Assembly (NCBI RefSeq): GCF_036321535.1
Contig: NC_087453.1
Location: 7,316,001 to 7,380,000, forward strand
DNA length: 64,000 nt
Source of the DNA: Camelus dromedarius
Taxonomy: Eukaryota
Direction of reading: 5' to 3'
The number at the start of each line of letters is the position of its first letter. The stretch's first letter is position 1. Of the stretch, positions 60,280-64,000 are shown piece by piece. Position numbers and translations under genes: made by a program. The notes below the pieces were generated by a model. That model made no database searches. It was given only the letters and a program-made list of their open reading frames with translations, and was not told the origin of the DNA.

Positions 60280-60985
60280 TTGTTCTTTCCTTACTTTTAA
60301 ATAAAAAACTTTGAGACTTAGGGAAAAGTTGCAAAAATAGTACAAAAAATTTGTGTATACCTTTCATCTGGATTTCCCAAATGTTAGCATATTACACTTG
60401 TTTTGTTGTTCTTTCTATATATATACGTGTATTTTTCCCCCGAAGTTGCAGACATGATGTCCCTTTACCCCTAAGTATCTCAATGTGTCTTTCCAGAAGC
60501 AGAGAAATTTTTTTATATAACCACAGTACAATCATCAAAATCAGGAAATTAACATTTACACATAACATTATCAAACTGCTGACCTTATTAAGATTTTACC
60601 AATGGTTTCACAGATATCCTCTGTATCAAAAGAAAAACATTTTCCCCCCGATCCAGGCTCCAGTTCATGATCACAAGTTGCATTTAGTTTTCATATGTCT
60701 TTAGCTTCCTTTAATCCTAAGCTTTTGTCTTCCATGACCTTGACAGTTTTTCAAAGTACAGGCCAGTTATTTGATAAAATGTTCGTCCCTTTGGGTTTGT
60801 CTGATGTTTCCTCATGATTGGACGTAGGTGGGAAGCACAGAAGTGAGGTTGTGTGCTTCTTGGTGCGTGGTTTCAGGAGGCACACTGATGCTCTTGGTCC
60901 TGTTACCGTGGGGTTCGCTCTCATCACTTGGTTAAGGAAGTTTCTGCCAGGTTTCTCTATTCTAAGGTGACTGTGTTTCCCTCGG
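60280..60985 (-). mobile_element. L1MC-type 3' end filling most of intron 3
   Basis: aaaagttgcaaaaatagtaca...ataaccacagtacaatcatcaaaatcagg...tacaggccagttattt...atcacttggttaaggaagtttctgccaggtttctc. Confidence 0.85.
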
Positions 60986-61012
60986 TTGACAATCTTTCCT
61001 CGCCTTTTGAAG

Positions 61013-61075
61013 GTTGCCAATTCAAGACTGCCTACGGCATGAAGGACATGGAACGTCATTTAAAAATTCACACGG
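61013..61075 (+). CDS. ZFP64: Zinc finger protein 64, exon 4 (63 nt, phase 1-1), C-terminal part of the first C2H2 finger
   Basis: (G)CQFKTAYGMKDMERHLKIHT(G). Acceptor ccttttgaag, donor GTAAGT at 61076. The gene continues beyond the window. Confidence 0.97.
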
Positions 61076-62599
61076 GTAAGTGAGTCTCACAGATCCCTCC
61101 TCTGAGCTAGGAGCTGTGGGTCCCGACAAGTCAGACACGTGATACGACCCAGAACCTTCCTGGTCATCACGGGGATACAAATAGAAGTTAAATAAAAATG
61201 AGATGCTGCTTCCACACATGATTTTGGCAGAAAATGTTTAGAGCAAGAAAATCCAGTACTAGGACAGTTATAAGCAAACAGGAGAGGAACTGAGAGCGGT
61301 GACAACTGTTTTGAAAATTATTCTTCCAGAATTAATTGAAATTAAATGCACATCTTCTCATTTTGAGGAGCTGATCCTATAAGAGTGTGTGGGTGTGTGG
61401 TAACTGGTAAAAAGAGGAAAATGGGGGGAGAATAGTAGGTTTTCATATATTTCATTTCTTTACCCTATATCATTGGATATGATGAGTGTGTGTTATTTTT
61501 GCATTCAGAAGGGGGAATTTAATAAAGAGTTATTTTTTAAAGAGAGAAAAAAGATTGATGCCTGGAAAAAGAACACTGTGATTACTTCTGATGATTTTAG
61601 TTTTCTTCATTATGTTATTTTTACGTCTCCTAGACTTTTTGCATGGAGGAGGAATAGCTTTTAGACTATTTTAAACAAAGTATTAGATGCTCATAATTCA
61701 AATGATACAGACATGTGTAAATTCAAAGAGTACCAGTGTGGATCAGGGAGGGACACACTGAAATTCAGCGTGGGCATCACCCATTGCCAAGGTGTTGCTA
61801 TTTAGCCTCAGCCTTTGGAAGATGATCTATCCGGCAGTGGTCTCCATAGTCCTTGGCCGTGGCCAATGATTGCCTTGTTGCACTGGGGTCTCCATCATAT
61901 CTGATCAGCCTCACAGCATCTGTCATTTGGATTCCTTCTAATTATCAGAATCTGACGTTACTACGTTTCAGGTATTGGTAAGCATTCTCAGTGCAACAAG
62001 CAATGAGTCTCTCCTGGTGGGCTCCCTCTGTTGGAGCTCCATCAGTCACACATACCACATTCATCATTGCCAGAGTAAAGTGCTATCATTATTCATGATG
62101 ACTGGGGAAGCATTATGAAAATGTAGGACAGCAACCTGAAGTCCATGGCGGCACATCTTCAGGAAGCATCTTCTGCTCACGGTTAGCCAGGCTTGGGTTT
62201 GTCGGACAGATTCTGTATGACTGCAGCATCTCCGTCAGCATCTTCAAGTCAGAGGGTTGACAAGGTGTCCTCACCTTAGCTACTTTCAGAGAGGAGGGCG
62301 TGGCCAGGAGCAACAGGGCTCTTTACCAGCAGAACTGGCCAAAAACCATCCAGCTCCACCACCATCCAGCATCCACTCAGTGTCGCAAAGACACAGGCTG
62401 GCAACCACAGAAGCTGTTTAGCAACTGACAATAATGAGAAAGTATTGTTCCTGGACTTTTAAATTTGACTATGAACATTTTTAATAATAAGAGTATGATC
62501 TTTAATACACTTAGAGATGCTTTCTTAAATCCCAGGTGTTTACTCTATGATGATTGTCATCAGCTTTGGCTGCAGTTGATTTTAGCTCTTGGCTGTGTA

Positions 62600-62910
62600 G
62601 GATTTGGCCAAAATACATGTTTAATATATAAGGTAAAAAGTGAAAATTCTGACTTACCACCCACCTCATCATCTGACACATGCCCAAAAGTCACCAAGTC
62701 TTAATAGTCCAGTGTGTGTCATTAAATTTTGGCTTACCTCTACCGGGCCTACACACAGACACACACAATTTGCTTTTTCCATCTTTTATTAAGTTAATAA
62801 TTATGCACCTATCACTGCAATCTGCTGTTTCTCATTTAATGTTGGACATCTTTCCACATCAGCATATATGTATCTATGTCATTCTTTTCCATGGCCAAGT
62901 AGGAAATTGG
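62600..62910 (-). mobile_element. L1ME fragment
   Basis: ctgctgtttctcatttaatgttggacatctttccacatcagcatata. Confidence 0.6.
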
Positions 62911-63247
62911 TTTAGTAATACACGGTACATCCGTGCAGTGAAATACTTCATTTAAAAAAAGAAAATCACGTTGTAGAAACTTAATGATGTGAAAATGAAA
63001 TTATTGTAAGTACCAGAAAGCAGTCAGTGGGGAGGCAGTGTTGGAATTGGCTAAGAAAATAAGAGTTTGGGTACTAATCCCACTTGTTGAGAGGATTAAG
63101 TAAAATCACTCAGAGGCACAGTGCTTTTCAAAAAATAAGTATTTCAGGTGACTTTGGCCAAGAATATTTTTGTTCCCCAAAATATACACACACACGTACA
63201 GAAATAATTGGAAAAGTAAGCAGTAGTTCATGGGTAGCAAGTTGACT

Positions 63248-63670
63248 TGTGTGTTAGTGAGGACACATTAAGCTGCTGTTACAAAGCCCAGACACCAGCT
63301 CATACAAGGTAGGGGTTTATGTCTGTCGCACTGTCCAGAGGTCAGCAAGTGGTCTGAGCAGGTAGGCAGTTCTGTCCTAGGAGATCATCCAGGGACTTAA
63401 GTTCCTTCTGTGTCATTAGAGTATATTTGGTTACGTTATCCACTGTCTGCTGGTGTGCTGCCCTCACCTGCCTGTTGACCCCTGTGTCTTGGTAACAGCT
63501 GGCAAGTCAGATGGAAAGAGAAAAAGTAAGAGGCAAGCAATTTCCTTTTATGAAGGACACATTTACCTTCTCTACCATTTTGACTAATGAGGACTTGGTC
63601 TCAGAGTCACACCTAGCTGCAAGGGAGGCTGGAAAATGTCGTCTTTAGCTGGTCAGCCATGAGTTCTCCT
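63248..63670 (-). mobile_element. MLT1 (J-like) LTR
   Basis: attaagctgctgttacaaa...atcatccagggacttaagttccttc...cacctagctgcaagggaggctggaaaatgt. Confidence 0.75.
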
Positions 63671-64000
63671 AAAACTAGAGATTCTGAGTTTTAGGGTATG
63701 TCTTTTATGAAAAAGAAAGAAGAACCAATGGATGTACAAGACAGTGTTTCTTATTTTACTTAGCTGTACTTTAAACATTTGAGTTGCCATCTATTTTTAA
63801 ATAATAAAGAATTCGTATTCAATGTAGGAAAAATTAGAAAATACAAATAAGCAAAACAGAAGAGATCCCCCCTCTCCCAAGATGTTCTCTCTTTGCCAAT
63901 CATCTATCTAGTGTGGAGGGGGTGTCTAAATATTCTTTGGTGACTGTTTTACTCTTTTTATAAGGCAGCGGGAAATAAGCCTTTTTCCTTTTTCACCTTG

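Overview
Mammalian genomic DNA, most likely a camelid, judged from one tRNA-Ala(AGC)-derived SINE with a Vic-1-type tail at ~49.83-49.99 kb. The only supportable protein-coding gene is ZFP64 on the + strand. Its CpG-island promoter is at ~42.3-43.4 kb. Exon 1 with the ATG is not visible and is inferred to lie inside an N run. Exons 2 (45939-46178), 3 (59821-59982) and 4 (61013-61075) are fully visible, all phase 1-1, and the gene continues beyond the window. The first ~42 kb is intergenic (by human 20q13.2 synteny, the ZFP64-TSHZ2 gene desert). It alternates repeat-poor, motif-dense blocks resembling conserved developmental enhancers with ancient eutherian repeats (L1M/HAL1, L2, MIR, MLT1, LTR16, LTR33, MER21, MER5/20/33/63/81/82, Kanga). 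All repeat family names come from recalled consensus sequences and their boundaries are approximate. There are seven N runs, so ORF-track entries containing X are uninformative. I see no evidence of a wholly new multi-gene system, CRISPR array or true RNA gene. The best leads are regulatory or splicing hypotheses: a divergent CTCF cluster at 17-20 kb, an NF-Y/Sp/E2F promoter-like module in ZFP64 intron 2, a GAG-versus-CAG tandem acceptor at exon 2, a telomeric G4 grown from an MLT1 seed, an open frame starting in a pogo/Tc2 transposase relic, and a possible exon hidden in the first gap.
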